From: Candidatus Saccharibacteria bacterium CPR2
Lineage (GTDB): Bacteria > Patescibacteriota > Saccharimonadia > Saccharimonadales > QWHN01
Direction of reading: 5' to 3'
Assembly (NCBI GenBank): GCA_021404905.1
Contig: QWHN01000001.1
Location: 130,162-194,161, forward strand
Length of the DNA: 64,000 bases
The position numbers were made by a program, and so were the translations under genes. A model generated the notes under the pieces. It saw only the letters and a program-made list of their open reading frames with translations, did not search any database and was not told the origin of the DNA. Positions 1 to 9,080 of this stretch are shown here, in pieces (positions within the stretch are counted from its first letter, which is position 1; each line of letters starts with the position of its first letter).

Positions 1-927
1 GGCGCCCAGGGCAGTCACTCCTGCTGGAGTAAATGTACAGTTCGAAGAATTTGGAAGCGTGTTAATAGTGTAGCAATATGTCAGGTTACCCGCGCTTCCT
101 ACGAATGTGTTAGGCACGTCCCAATCAAAGGCGAATGAATTGGTTGTGTTACTAGTGGGTGAGGCGATTAGGTTAGTTGGTTCCGAAGGTGCACCGGAGG
201 TATTGATTTTTAACGCTGCTGTCACGTAACTTGTTGATACGTTGCCGGCGTTATCCCAGGTTCTAAAGTAGACGGTATTGATTCCTTCCGCCAAATTATC
301 ATAGTCTGGTGGATCTTGAGTTTGATAACTACCGTCATTCGTTAGCAAGTCGGTTTGGTCTTGGTTGCCATTGTGAGTATCCCCATACCATGGCGTACTT
401 GTACCGATTCGATATTGAAGGCCTTGTATTCCTGAGTTCGCGTCTGATGGAGCGTCTCCACCGCTCGTCGCCCAGGTCAGGGTCGCGCTTTTGGTGTTAA
501 TAAACCCAGATGGCGCGGTAATATACCCTGGGTTGCTTGGAACAGTGTTGTCAAACCTAAAGTAAAATTGAGCGCTAGAACCACTAAAGACATTACCAGC
601 GTTATCCATGGCTTTAATATTCAAATAATATGGGGTGCTCGAAGACGTCATGGCCGTTTGGATATAGCCCGAAACAACCGTGTCGATATTAGTCGGGGAA
701 ACCAGGAATTGGCAATGTCCGCCTGTGTACACTGGACTCGTGCCCAAAATGCCTTTTGTAGTTATGGGATCAGCCGTATCGGTTTGACCTAGATATAAAC
801 AATAGCCTTTTATCCCAGACCCGGCATCAGAACCCGCCGTCCATGAAAAATAAGGAGATGAGCCGTTAGTCCAAGCGTTTTGGCTCAAAGACGCTCCTCC
901 GTTGCTTTTCTTAACGTTACTCGCTGG
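1..927 (-). CDS. Partial ORF (309 codons, open to the window edge) encoding FN3/Ig-like repeat surface-protein sequence. It is either the frame-shifted continuation of the 885..4385 protein or a translationally coupled downstream gene starting at TTG 888.
   Basis: My own minus-strand translation, frame with codon starts at 927, 924 and so on: PASNVKKSNGGASLSQNAWTNGSSPYFSWTAGSDAGSGIKGYCLYLGQ...NTVPSNPGYITAPSG...ATLTWATSGG...SGIQGLQYRIG...PSEPTNLIASPTSNTTNSFAFDWDVP. There is no stop from 927 down to 1. The ORF track omits it because it has no in-window stop. A TAG at 930-928 closes the frame upstream. Confidence 0.6.
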
Positions 928-3900
928 CTACCATTTCCCTGCAAGACTGCCTGCCATTTAATGCCATAAAACGTCACCGGAAATGTCGGGATATTCGTGT
1001 TTATGGTACTAACTGAGTTTGAATCGCTATACGAAGAAGATGTTGCCCACGAGCTACCATTCCAATATTTCCAGGTTGTACCGCCGTCATCTGAGAGACG
1101 ATAAGTTATTGTACCGCCATTGGTAGTTTCGCTATCCCCGAACGTATCCCAACTGGCAACACCTTGCGTGCGCACAGCAGTCCCCAGAGTCACACCTTGG
1201 GCAGAAGTACTATATGGGGTTGTTTGGAAAGATGACCGAACATTGTCGCTAATCCTTATTTCATCCAGCAATCCTTGGAAATATCCGCGCGCTTTGCCTT
1301 GTTCTCGTCCTCCCCAGCTTGCGCCAACATATAAAGCCTTTGTGCTATCAGGCATTGTTAAGGAAGCGCTTTGCGAACCTACTTCACTACCGTCAATATA
1401 TATTTTCATGGTCGATCCATTATAAGTCGCGCCGATATGATGCCAATTGGTGTCAAAACTGGCGGTAGAGGATTGTACGAATCCATTATTGCCCCAAGAC
1501 CAAATTGATGGATCTTCAGTATTACCACTGTTACCATTACCAACGTAGAGCTTGCCTTTATATACGCTCAAGGCTTTGACCTCTTCGACATTCCCATCCC
1601 ACCCATTATTTAGCGTGTCGCCACCGATTTGTGTCCAGTCGTCAGTACCATTAAACTCCCATAGCTCCCCGTCGCCGTTTGGCGTATAACCCAATCCAGC
1701 GTAGAGTTTGCCATTATAAACGGTCATTGTTGGAATATATTCATAGGTGCCTGAACTCCAACTGCTGTTAACAGAGCTGGCGCCACCGCCAATTAGTTCC
1801 CACGTGCTACCATCATAAGTCCAAACTTCGGCATCACCGGCAGCATCACCTAAACCAACAACTAGCTTATCTCCAAAGTTTGTCATTGTCCGAATCGTTT
1901 CGTAATTGGTATTCCAGCTAGAAGAAACTGCATCGCCACCAACTTTTGTCCAGGCGGTTCCGCTACCGCTCCACTCCCATACTTCCGATTCGTTGGTTGT
2001 AACTCCTAGCCCAGCGTAGAGTTTTCCGTTATATACTGCCATAGACTGAACTCTATCAAATCCGGATGCGCCCCAGTTATCAGCGTTCAGTCCACCAATT
2101 TGAGTCCAGGCGGTTCCGCTACCGCTCCACTCCCATACTTCAGCGTCTCCAGCTCCTGTGCCAAGTCCAGCGTATAACTTTCCATCCATTACTGACATTG
2201 AAAGTACCATTTCATGAGTTGATGTGCCCCAGTTCCCACTTGAAGTGCCACCAATTTGAGTCCAGGTAGAGCCATCCCATTCCCAAACCTCACCATCACC
2301 AGCCGGGGTATAGCCAAGCCCCACGTAAAGCTTACCCCCTAAACTTGCCATGGAACTGACAGATTCGTAAGTAAATGCCGACCAGCTGGAATTAACACCT
2401 TGGCCACCAACAAGCTCCCAGTTGGAGCCATCAAAACGCCAAACCATGGCGTTTCCGGCCACGGTATAGCCCGTACCCGCGTAAAGATAGTCTCCAACCC
2501 ATTGCATTACTTCTAAGCTTTGCAGGTTATAACAACACCAGCTTTTATTCACGCCATTTCCACCCAAACGCGTCCAAGCCGATCCATTCCAGCTCCACAT
2601 TTGGCCAGTTCCTGCCGAATCGTAAGTACCGGCATAAACGGTCGTGCCATCATTGACCATTGTAAAGACGACGTCCCCTTCATTGGTGCTCCAACTGGAA
2701 TTAGATCCATCACCGCCCACTTTAGCCCAGCTTGATCCATTCCAACTCCAAACCTCACCATCACCATTACCGCTACCTAAACCCGCGTATATGTTTGTAC
2801 CGTCAGAAGCAATAGACTTAACATATTCATATGTACTAGCCGCCCACCCACTATTTAAACCATCACCCCCTATTTGCGACCAAGAAGGTGAGCTGGCGCA
2901 ATTAGTGCAACGATATATATCGGCGTCGTAGTCAGTACTTGTATTATTGTCACCCACACCTGCGTATAAGTACGTTCCATCGTGATATAAGCTTCTTACC
3001 ATTTCTAAGTTAGCGCCAAAACCACTGCCACTATCGGCCACTTTTGTCCAGGTAGATCCATTCCAGCGCCAGACTTCGGCTTCGCCAGCCGTGATGCCCA
3101 AACCTACGTATAGATTTGTGCCATCATTGGCCATCGAGTAAACATAATCGTAATTTGTCATCCACGCCGTGGTGTCACCACCAATCTTGGTCCAGGAACT
3201 ACCATTCCATCGCCATACCTCAGCGTCATTGGCACTAGCTCCTAAGCCCGCGTAAAGATTGCCTCCAAAATAATCCAAAGAGTAAACGCCCTCGTGCGTA
3301 CCAATACCCCACTGTGCGGGCGTTGCGGTGTCACCGCCAATTTTACTCCAGCTGCCGCTTGTAAATTTCCAGACTTCGGCGTCACCAGTTCCAGTACCCA
3401 AGCCCGCATAGATGTTAGTGCCGTCAGTCTCTAGGCTGAGTACATACTCATGCTCGCCAGACCAACTACTGTTTACCCCATCACCACCAACCTTACTCCA
3501 GCTACCACTACTGAATTTCCAGACTTCAGCGTCTTTTGTCCCAACACCTAGGCCCGCGTAAACGTCAGAACCCATCACTACAGATGAAGCAACTGCCGTC
3601 ATGCCATCCCAGTTCCAGCTATTATTTACGTCATCACCAGCCGCTTTGGTCCACCCACTAGCTGAACTATTTGCTAGTTCATAGGTTACTTTACCGGTTT
3701 CGTTATCAAAATAAAGCTGATAATCGCCCTTGTCGACAATGGTTTGTCGTTGAGTGTGTGAGCCGGCAGAAAAAGACGAATCAAATTTTGCCCAGCCTTC
3801 AATGGTGTTGTTTTGAGAAAGAGATAATGAAGCCGAATCCGGCACTGATATCTTTGATGTTGTCCCGTTTAGACTAAGCCCGTTATTAAGGTTGCCCGCT

Positions 3901-4385
3901 TGCCAGTTTTGACTGGTTACTGTGCCGTCGTTATTATTGCTTGAAGCATCATCGACAGGCGTGCCACTGGATTCATCCAGGTGATAAAGTGCCATAGTGT
4001 TGGTGTCTGATGTATAGTTTTGCGCTTTTAAGCGTGCTACTGTTCCAGATGCTTCCACCCCCGAGTCAAAACTATAATTTCCAGGAGTAGAAAAATCCCA
4101 GTTATCGTTTAAGTCTCCGGCAAACACGCCTTTCATGTTTGACAACAATACCGCGCCAATAATTAACAAATAAATTCCGAGAGTACCAAAATGAACATGT
4201 TTGTGATAATCCCAGTTGTGCCACCAGTTGTACCACTGCCATTTGTCCATAAATCGTTCATGATGCTTGCCAGCCGCATGCCAGTGTACTTTTTTTAAAT
4301 GGGGATGTACAAATACAGAAGCTGTCATTAGCCACTTTTTAATATTTGCTATGACTTGATCAAAAACTAAACCAAGTTGCCCCAT
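885..4385 (-). CDS. Giant membrane-anchored surface protein. It has a Trp/His-rich N-terminus, one TM helix, a LamG-like domain, about 14 beta-propeller-type repeats and a second LamG-like domain.
   Basis: 1166-aa ORF. TM segment FGTLGIYLLIIGAVLLSNM. About 14 repeats of 50-55 aa with the signature YAGLG..GDAEVW.W.GS.W..IGGDG.N..W. The C-terminal WHHIGATYNGSTMKIYIDG...GLLDEIRISDNVRS is typical of the concanavalin/LamG (Laminin_G_3) fold. Confidence 0.85.
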   Translation of the reverse strand: MGQLGLVFDQVIANIKKWLMTASVFVHPHLKKVHWHAAGKHHERFMDKWQWYNWWHNWDYHKHVHFGTLGIYLLIIGAVLLSNMKGVFAGDLNDNWDFSTPGNYSFDSGVEASGTVARLKAQNYTSDTNTMALYHLDESSGTPVDDASSNNNDGTVTSQNWQAGNLNNGLSLNGTTSKISVPDSASLSLSQNNTIEGWAKFDSSFSAGSHTQRQTIVDKGDYQLYFDNETGKVTYELANSSASGWTKAAGDDVNNSWNWDGMTAVASSVVMGSDVYAGLGVGTKDAEVWKFSSGSWSKVGGDGVNSSWSGEHEYVLSLETDGTNIYAGLGTGTGDAEVWKFTSGSWSKIGGDTATPAQWGIGTHEGVYSLDYFGGNLYAGLGASANDAEVWRWNGSSWTKIGGDTTAWMTNYDYVYSMANDGTNLYVGLGITAGEAEVWRWNGSTWTKVADSGSGFGANLEMVRSLYHDGTYLYAGVGDNNTSTDYDADIYRCTNCASSPSWSQIGGDGLNSGWAASTYEYVKSIASDGTNIYAGLGSGNGDGEVWSWNGSSWAKVGGDGSNSSWSTNEGDVVFTMVNDGTTVYAGTYDSAGTGQMWSWNGSAWTRLGGNGVNKSWCCYNLQSLEVMQWVGDYLYAGTGYTVAGNAMVWRFDGSNWELVGGQGVNSSWSAFTYESVSSMASLGGKLYVGLGYTPAGDGEVWEWDGSTWTQIGGTSSGNWGTSTHEMVLSMSVMDGKLYAGLGTGAGDAEVWEWSGSGTAWTQIGGLNADNWGASGFDRVQSMAVYNGKLYAGLGVTTNESEVWEWSGSGTAWTKVGGDAVSSSWNTNYETIRTMTNFGDKLVVGLGDAAGDAEVWTYDGSTWELIGGGASSVNSSWSSGTYEYIPTMTVYNGKLYAGLGYTPNGDGELWEFNGTDDWTQIGGDTLNNGWDGNVEEVKALSVYKGKLYVGNGNSGNTEDPSIWSWGNNGFVQSSTASFDTNWHHIGATYNGSTMKIYIDGSEVGSQSASLTMPDSTKALYVGASWGGREQGKARGYFQGLLDEIRISDNVRSSFQTTPYSTSAQGVTLGTAVRTQGVASWDTFGDSETTNGGTITYRLSDDGGTTWKYWNGSSWATSSSYSDSNSVSTINTNIPTFPVTFYGIKWQAVLQGNGSQRVTLRKATEERL

Positions 4386-4524
4386 ATTATTGTTTGTCTC
4401 TCGCTAAACGAATATACCTAAACATAGTATCAAAATGATTCAGCTAACTCAATCCGTTAATGGTTTTTAATTACAGATGTAAAAATATTTTTTCACAAAT
4501 ATTATGAGCAAATGCTAAAATTGG

Positions 4525-4761
4525 GTGATGTCTGAAAAAATTCTAACTTCTCTAAACTCAATTGACAAAAAATTAACCAAGCTCCTCAGCAAAAGGCAAG
4601 TTTTCATCAGGGGTGTCATTAGGGGCGTTGGATTTGCCATTGGCGCCGGTGTTGTTGCGGCAATAGTGTTATCTATTTTGGCTTGGGTGCTAAACGCAAT
4701 TGGCCACGTTCCTTTTCTTGACAAAATTATAGAATCAATGAATATTAAAGATTCTTTATAA
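4525..4761 (+). CDS. Small membrane protein (DUF5665-like)
   Basis: 78-aa ORF with a central hydrophobic segment, RGVIRGVGFAIGAGVVAAIVLSILAWVL. The family name is from memory and was not searched. Confidence 0.55.
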   Translation: MMSEKILTSLNSIDKKLTKLLSKRQVFIRGVIRGVGFAIGAGVVAAIVLSILAWVLNAIGHVPFLDKIIESMNIKDSL

Positions 4762-4763
4762 AA

Positions 4764-6953
4764 TTAATTAGCAAGTTTTTCAAGCAAACTCAGTACTTGG
4801 TCAACTCCCCGAACTCTATATTTAGCACAGGAATTACCTATTCCAACTTTGATAGAAATAGCTTTCTTTGGCAGAGCTAAAAACAAGTCTTCATCTGTAT
4901 AATCATCGCCTATTCCCATAACAAAATCGCTTGATTTATCTTTAAGCAATTTACGAACCGCGTCTCCTTTATTGATGTTAGTCGGTTTAATCTCAAGTAT
5001 TTTGCTTCCTTCATAGACCCCAAGATTCAGAGTATTGGTTAAATAATTCAGCTCTTCTTTTAATTCCTGTGTTCTAACGTCAGCTAAAGATTTTTCTACC
5101 TTACGGTAATGCCAAACCAGTGAAAATTCTTTTTCTTCCACAAACGAATTAGGCGTTCTGTTCGTAAAGTAAGCGAGGATTGGTTGAAGCGCTTTCTTCC
5201 AATCTTGTTTTTTCGTAAGCTCGGTGCTCCAGCGTTTTTTACTTTTACTTTTTATCCATGCGCCATGCTCAGCAATCAATGAAATAGGTAAGTGGCCAAG
5301 CCATTTTTCTAGAGTGTATTTATCCCTACCACTGACAATAACTGCTTCACAACCCTTTATTTTAGCCAGCTTAGATATGAGATTCACCAGATCCTTAGAA
5401 GGCGAAACTGCACCTGGATTTGATGAAAATTCTACTAAAGTACCGTCATAATCTAGAAATAAAAGCTTGTTTTTAGCATCCTGAAAATCTTTTTTAGTCT
5501 TGTTAATTTCCTTGGGGCCAATCATTACCGGGACATTTTTCTTGTTAGACTTTATTTCCTTGAGCGCTCGCATAAAATCATATGCCCAGCTCGAAACATC
5601 ATATTGTGATATTCGTTTTTGCATATGTTTCACTCTGGACTTTTGCTCAGCTGAAGGCATTTCAATAGCCTGCTTAATCGCGCTTGCTATGTCTACCTTG
5701 TCATTTGGATTCACGGTGATGGCCTCAGAGAGTTCGCTGGCAGCACCGGCCATTTCGCTTAATATTAACACTCCAGGAGACTTTTGTTTTGAGGCAATAA
5801 ATTCTTTAGCTACAAGGTTCATGCCGTCGCGAAGCGGTGTTATTAAGGCTATGTCTCCCACACTGTAAAAAGCCGTGACTTGTTCAAACGGAACCGAGCG
5901 AAACAAGTAATGCACCGGCGTCCAATTAACAGAAGAGTATGCTCCATTTATACGGCTAATTAATTGTTCAACGTTTTTTCGTAAATCCGCGTATGCGTTC
6001 ACGCCAGTCCTAGAAGGAACAGCCAGTATAATCATCATTATTTTTTTGTGATACTGAGGGTTTTTTTGTAGAAACATTTGATATGCCTTAAGACGCTGTA
6101 ATATCCCCTTGGTGTAATCAAGCCTGTCTATGGATACAATCACTTTCTGCTTTTTCGTGATCGCCCTTAATGCTTTTATCTCATTTTTTACAAGCTTTGA
6201 TTTTGATGCATTCGCAAATTTTTCATAGTCAATTCCTATTGGAAACGCATCAACCTTTACTTTATGATCCTTTACTAAAATTGTGCCCAGTTTATGTTCA
6301 TACCCAAGTAGTCTTGACGTGCTGCTTAAAAAATGCCTTGCATAATCATAAACGTGGAATCCCAGCAAGTCCGCGCCAAGTAGACCGTTAAGCAATTCTT
6401 TTCTGTAGGGTAAAAGACGGAATATTTCAAAAGACGGAAAAGGCACATGAAGGAAAAATCCAATTTTCTGCTCTTTTAGCTTCTTCCTTAGCTCTTGGGG
6501 CAAAAGCATTAAATGATAGTCGTGAACCCAAATCAAGCTGTCTTTGTTGGCGTATTTAATTGTCACGTTGCAAAATTGTTGATTAATCTTTTTATAAGCC
6601 TGCCAGTATCTATCTTCATACTCCGTGTAAAGTGAAAAATAATGGAACAGAGGCCAAAGAGTGCCATTGCAAAAGCCAAGGTAAAATTCTTTTATTTGTT
6701 TTTGGGAAAGAAAGACCGGTACGCAGTTTTGTTTTAATAATTCTTTAGTGATTTCCTTTTTCTCTTGATTGGTAAGGTCGTCTTCCGCGATACCCGGCCA
6801 CCCAATCCAGAGTTTTTCCTCTATATTGTCCACTGAAGCAAGGGCTGTAGCTAAACCTCCGCTACTAGAGGAATATGATATTTTATTGCCCACTTTACTT
6901 ACCGTAATTGGCAGACGATTTGAAACTATTATGAGCTTTGGCATACAAAACAA
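4764..6953 (-). CDS. otsA: Bifunctional trehalose-6-phosphate synthase (GT20) / trehalose-6-phosphate phosphatase (HAD) fusion
   Basis: 729 aa. The N-terminal part has OtsA hallmarks: IIVSNRLP, FCNGTLWPLFHYF, LIWVHDYHLMLLP. The C-terminal part has the HAD motif I, LFLDYDGTLV, and GIGDDYTDEDLF. The start is probably the Met of MPKLIIVSNRLP (about 6944). Confidence 0.9.
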   Translation of the reverse strand: MFCMPKLIIVSNRLPITVSKVGNKISYSSSSGGLATALASVDNIEEKLWIGWPGIAEDDLTNQEKKEITKELLKQNCVPVFLSQKQIKEFYLGFCNGTLWPLFHYFSLYTEYEDRYWQAYKKINQQFCNVTIKYANKDSLIWVHDYHLMLLPQELRKKLKEQKIGFFLHVPFPSFEIFRLLPYRKELLNGLLGADLLGFHVYDYARHFLSSTSRLLGYEHKLGTILVKDHKVKVDAFPIGIDYEKFANASKSKLVKNEIKALRAITKKQKVIVSIDRLDYTKGILQRLKAYQMFLQKNPQYHKKIMMIILAVPSRTGVNAYADLRKNVEQLISRINGAYSSVNWTPVHYLFRSVPFEQVTAFYSVGDIALITPLRDGMNLVAKEFIASKQKSPGVLILSEMAGAASELSEAITVNPNDKVDIASAIKQAIEMPSAEQKSRVKHMQKRISQYDVSSWAYDFMRALKEIKSNKKNVPVMIGPKEINKTKKDFQDAKNKLLFLDYDGTLVEFSSNPGAVSPSKDLVNLISKLAKIKGCEAVIVSGRDKYTLEKWLGHLPISLIAEHGAWIKSKSKKRWSTELTKKQDWKKALQPILAYFTNRTPNSFVEEKEFSLVWHYRKVEKSLADVRTQELKEELNYLTNTLNLGVYEGSKILEIKPTNINKGDAVRKLLKDKSSDFVMGIGDDYTDEDLFLALPKKAISIKVGIGNSCAKYRVRGVDQVLSLLEKLAN

Positions 6954-7057
6954 ATATTATTTATAAACATATTATCGGGAACTATTATATGCCTTTGGGC
7001 AATACTTACCAGAGGTTTATTGTAGCCACGTGTTTCGTGCTGTAGTAAGATGGAATC

Positions 7058-7282
7058 ATGATTAAACATTTACCGCTATTTGTCTATGGCATCATTGCAA
7101 CTTTTGGCGGTTTTCTGCTTATACTTACAGCCCGTTCAATTCAACAAACGGCTTTGCATACTTTCATAGATCAGCAACTTCTAGAAGCAGCAGTTTTATT
7201 TTTTGGAATATTCATAGGCGGTTTAGGATTATTTATGATTTTGATTTCACTGTTTATACAACAAACTAGCAAGCCTAGCTAA
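7058..7282 (+). CDS. Small two-TM membrane protein, hypothetical
   Basis: 74-aa ORF with two hydrophobic helices; no recognisable family. Confidence 0.45.
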   Translation: MIKHLPLFVYGIIATFGGFLLILTARSIQQTALHTFIDQQLLEAAVLFFGIFIGGLGLFMILISLFIQQTSKPS

Positions 7283-7310
7283 CACTTCCAACCTTCTCTT
7301 TGTAAACATA

Positions 7311-7850
7311 CTAAGAGTTACGTGAACGCAATGCAACCGCAACACTCACAGGACCAGCAACCAAAGCATAGACTCCTAGTACCCATACAAACGCCACGCC
7401 ACCCTCTAGAGGCTGCCTTAATAATATAATTCCAGCCAGTATGCCGATCACGCCTGTAACTACTAGAAGTGATTTTGTTTCTGAGTCCGTATTTGGATCG
7501 AACGCGTACGCTAATTCTAAGATCCCCCTAATCAAAAAGAATAAGCCAGTTATCAATATGAAAAGGCTGAGAGTGATTAGAGGACGACGCATCAAATACA
7601 CCCCAACACCTATTTGCGCCGCGCCAATCAAGATCTTTAACCACCAATAACTTCTTCCACCAATACCAAAGACCCCGCTCACTAAATCGACAATACCGAC
7701 TACCAGCACATATGCTGCCGTTAGCCACGCCAGAACCCCTAAAGTTAGCGCTGGCCACGAAATTGCTACTAATCCAAAAATGACTAGAGCAAAGGCTTTT
7801 ACCCAGGTTGCCCACATAGGCTCCTGAAGACCTGCTACGGATTCGTTCAT
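7311..7850 (-). CDS. HdeD/DUF308-family membrane protein
   Basis: 179 aa with repeated hydrophobic pairs and the pattern FGLVAISWP...VVGIVDLVSG...WWLKILIGAAQIGVGVYLMRRP typical of DUF308. Confidence 0.7.
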   Translation of the reverse strand: MNESVAGLQEPMWATWVKAFALVIFGLVAISWPALTLGVLAWLTAAYVLVVGIVDLVSGVFGIGGRSYWWLKILIGAAQIGVGVYLMRRPLITLSLFILITGLFFLIRGILELAYAFDPNTDSETKSLLVVTGVIGILAGIILLRQPLEGGVAFVWVLGVYALVAGPVSVAVALRSRNS

Positions 7851-7957
7851 AAAACCCTCCTCATTGTTTTAATGTCTATAGTATGCGTTATTTATGCAAA
7901 TAGCGCAATTATCTTATGCGGATAGTATTTACTTTCCAGTAGTATTATTGTGGATAT

Positions 7958-9037
7958 CTAGTGCTGAAGGGATTTCTTAAACGCTATATATGATTCGATG
8001 GTTGTCATAATCAAAATCATAATAATCGGCCCGTAGACCACACCCAGTAAACCAAAGAGTCTCACACCTGCCAACGCTGAAAGTATAGTCAACGACGCTG
8101 ATAACTTCGCTTCCTTTGGAACAAATCTTGGCCTAATGAAATTGTCTATGTTGGTAACAACAACGAAGTGAGTTAGCAAAATTACTAAACCTTGCCAAAT
8201 ATCACCAAACAAAATCGCGGCAATACCAATAGGTATTGTCATAATCCCGCTGCCAAGAGGTATCAAATTCATAACCGTAAACAGCACAATTAATATCGCC
8301 AGGAAATTTTCCCAACCTAGCACGATCAAACTAAGCGCTCCGGCAACTCCTTGAATAAACGCGATAAACAACTGGCCCTTAACCATGGACTTTGTCATTA
8401 AACCAACTTTTTGCAGATATATATCAGTCGTTTTTTTATCAAACGGAACTAAACCTCGAATATTATAAAGAAGTTTGTCCTGCCCTAAAAGAATTCCAAA
8501 ATAAACAAATAAAAATATTACTAGTTGCATAAAGAAAGTTGGAATGCCGCTAACAATGCCGATCACTAAATTTGCTAGTGCTTTAAATACTTGAGGTAAG
8601 TTACTTTTAACAAATTCCAGGACACTTTCTGCTTTAATTGCATTCGCTATTCCCGATACTTTTTCAATAACAACATTGATGCTATCTACGGATTTAAGTA
8701 TAAATTCCGAGATGTCTACATCACCGACAATAATTTGATTTAACCCTAACCGATCAACCAATTCTAAAGCTTGAAGCGCCATCAACGTAATTAAAATTAT
8801 TAAAGGTAAACCAACCAGCGCAAAAGCAATTAACCCAGTCATCGCTGCCGCTAATGTTTTTCGTTTTTTAAATTTCCGGCTTAACTTTTTATAAAGCGAG
8901 TTGGAAAGGTATGCGCTTAAAAGCGCTAGAGCTATTACATTAAGAAATGGTTTTAGGAATAAGTAGCCCCCGATTAAAGCGGCACCAATAGCAAAGACCC
9001 AAGCCCTTCTTAGTGAAACTTCTTCATTAGCACCCAT
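7958..9037 (-). CDS. AI-2E family transporter (PerM/UPF0118)
   Basis: 359-aa polytopic protein. The C-terminal IPLGSGIMTIPIGIAA...VVVTNIDNFIRPRFV matches the family signature. Confidence 0.85.
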   Translation of the reverse strand: MGANEEVSLRRAWVFAIGAALIGGYLFLKPFLNVIALALLSAYLSNSLYKKLSRKFKKRKTLAAAMTGLIAFALVGLPLIILITLMALQALELVDRLGLNQIIVGDVDISEFILKSVDSINVVIEKVSGIANAIKAESVLEFVKSNLPQVFKALANLVIGIVSGIPTFFMQLVIFLFVYFGILLGQDKLLYNIRGLVPFDKKTTDIYLQKVGLMTKSMVKGQLFIAFIQGVAGALSLIVLGWENFLAILIVLFTVMNLIPLGSGIMTIPIGIAAILFGDIWQGLVILLTHFVVVTNIDNFIRPRFVPKEAKLSASLTILSALAGVRLFGLLGVVYGPIIMILIMTTIESYIAFKKSLQH

Positions 9038-9080
9038 GTCTTGATGATACTCTAAAGTGTAATATCAAAAAACGACATTT

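Noticed and set aside
888-927. Programmed -1 ribosomal frameshifting joining the two giant-protein frames
   Set aside because: There is no X-XXY-YYZ slippery heptamer in the overlap and no obvious downstream pseudoknot. An indel, or a TTGA-coupled restart, is a simpler explanation.
1120-3877. Track ORFs 1120..1425, 2066..2269, 2520..2735, 2549..2767, 2644..2931 and 3671..3877
   Set aside because: All are embedded in, or antisense to, the 1166-aa repeat-protein gene. Long spurious frames are expected in a GC-richer, repetitive gene, and their sequences are low-complexity with no motifs.
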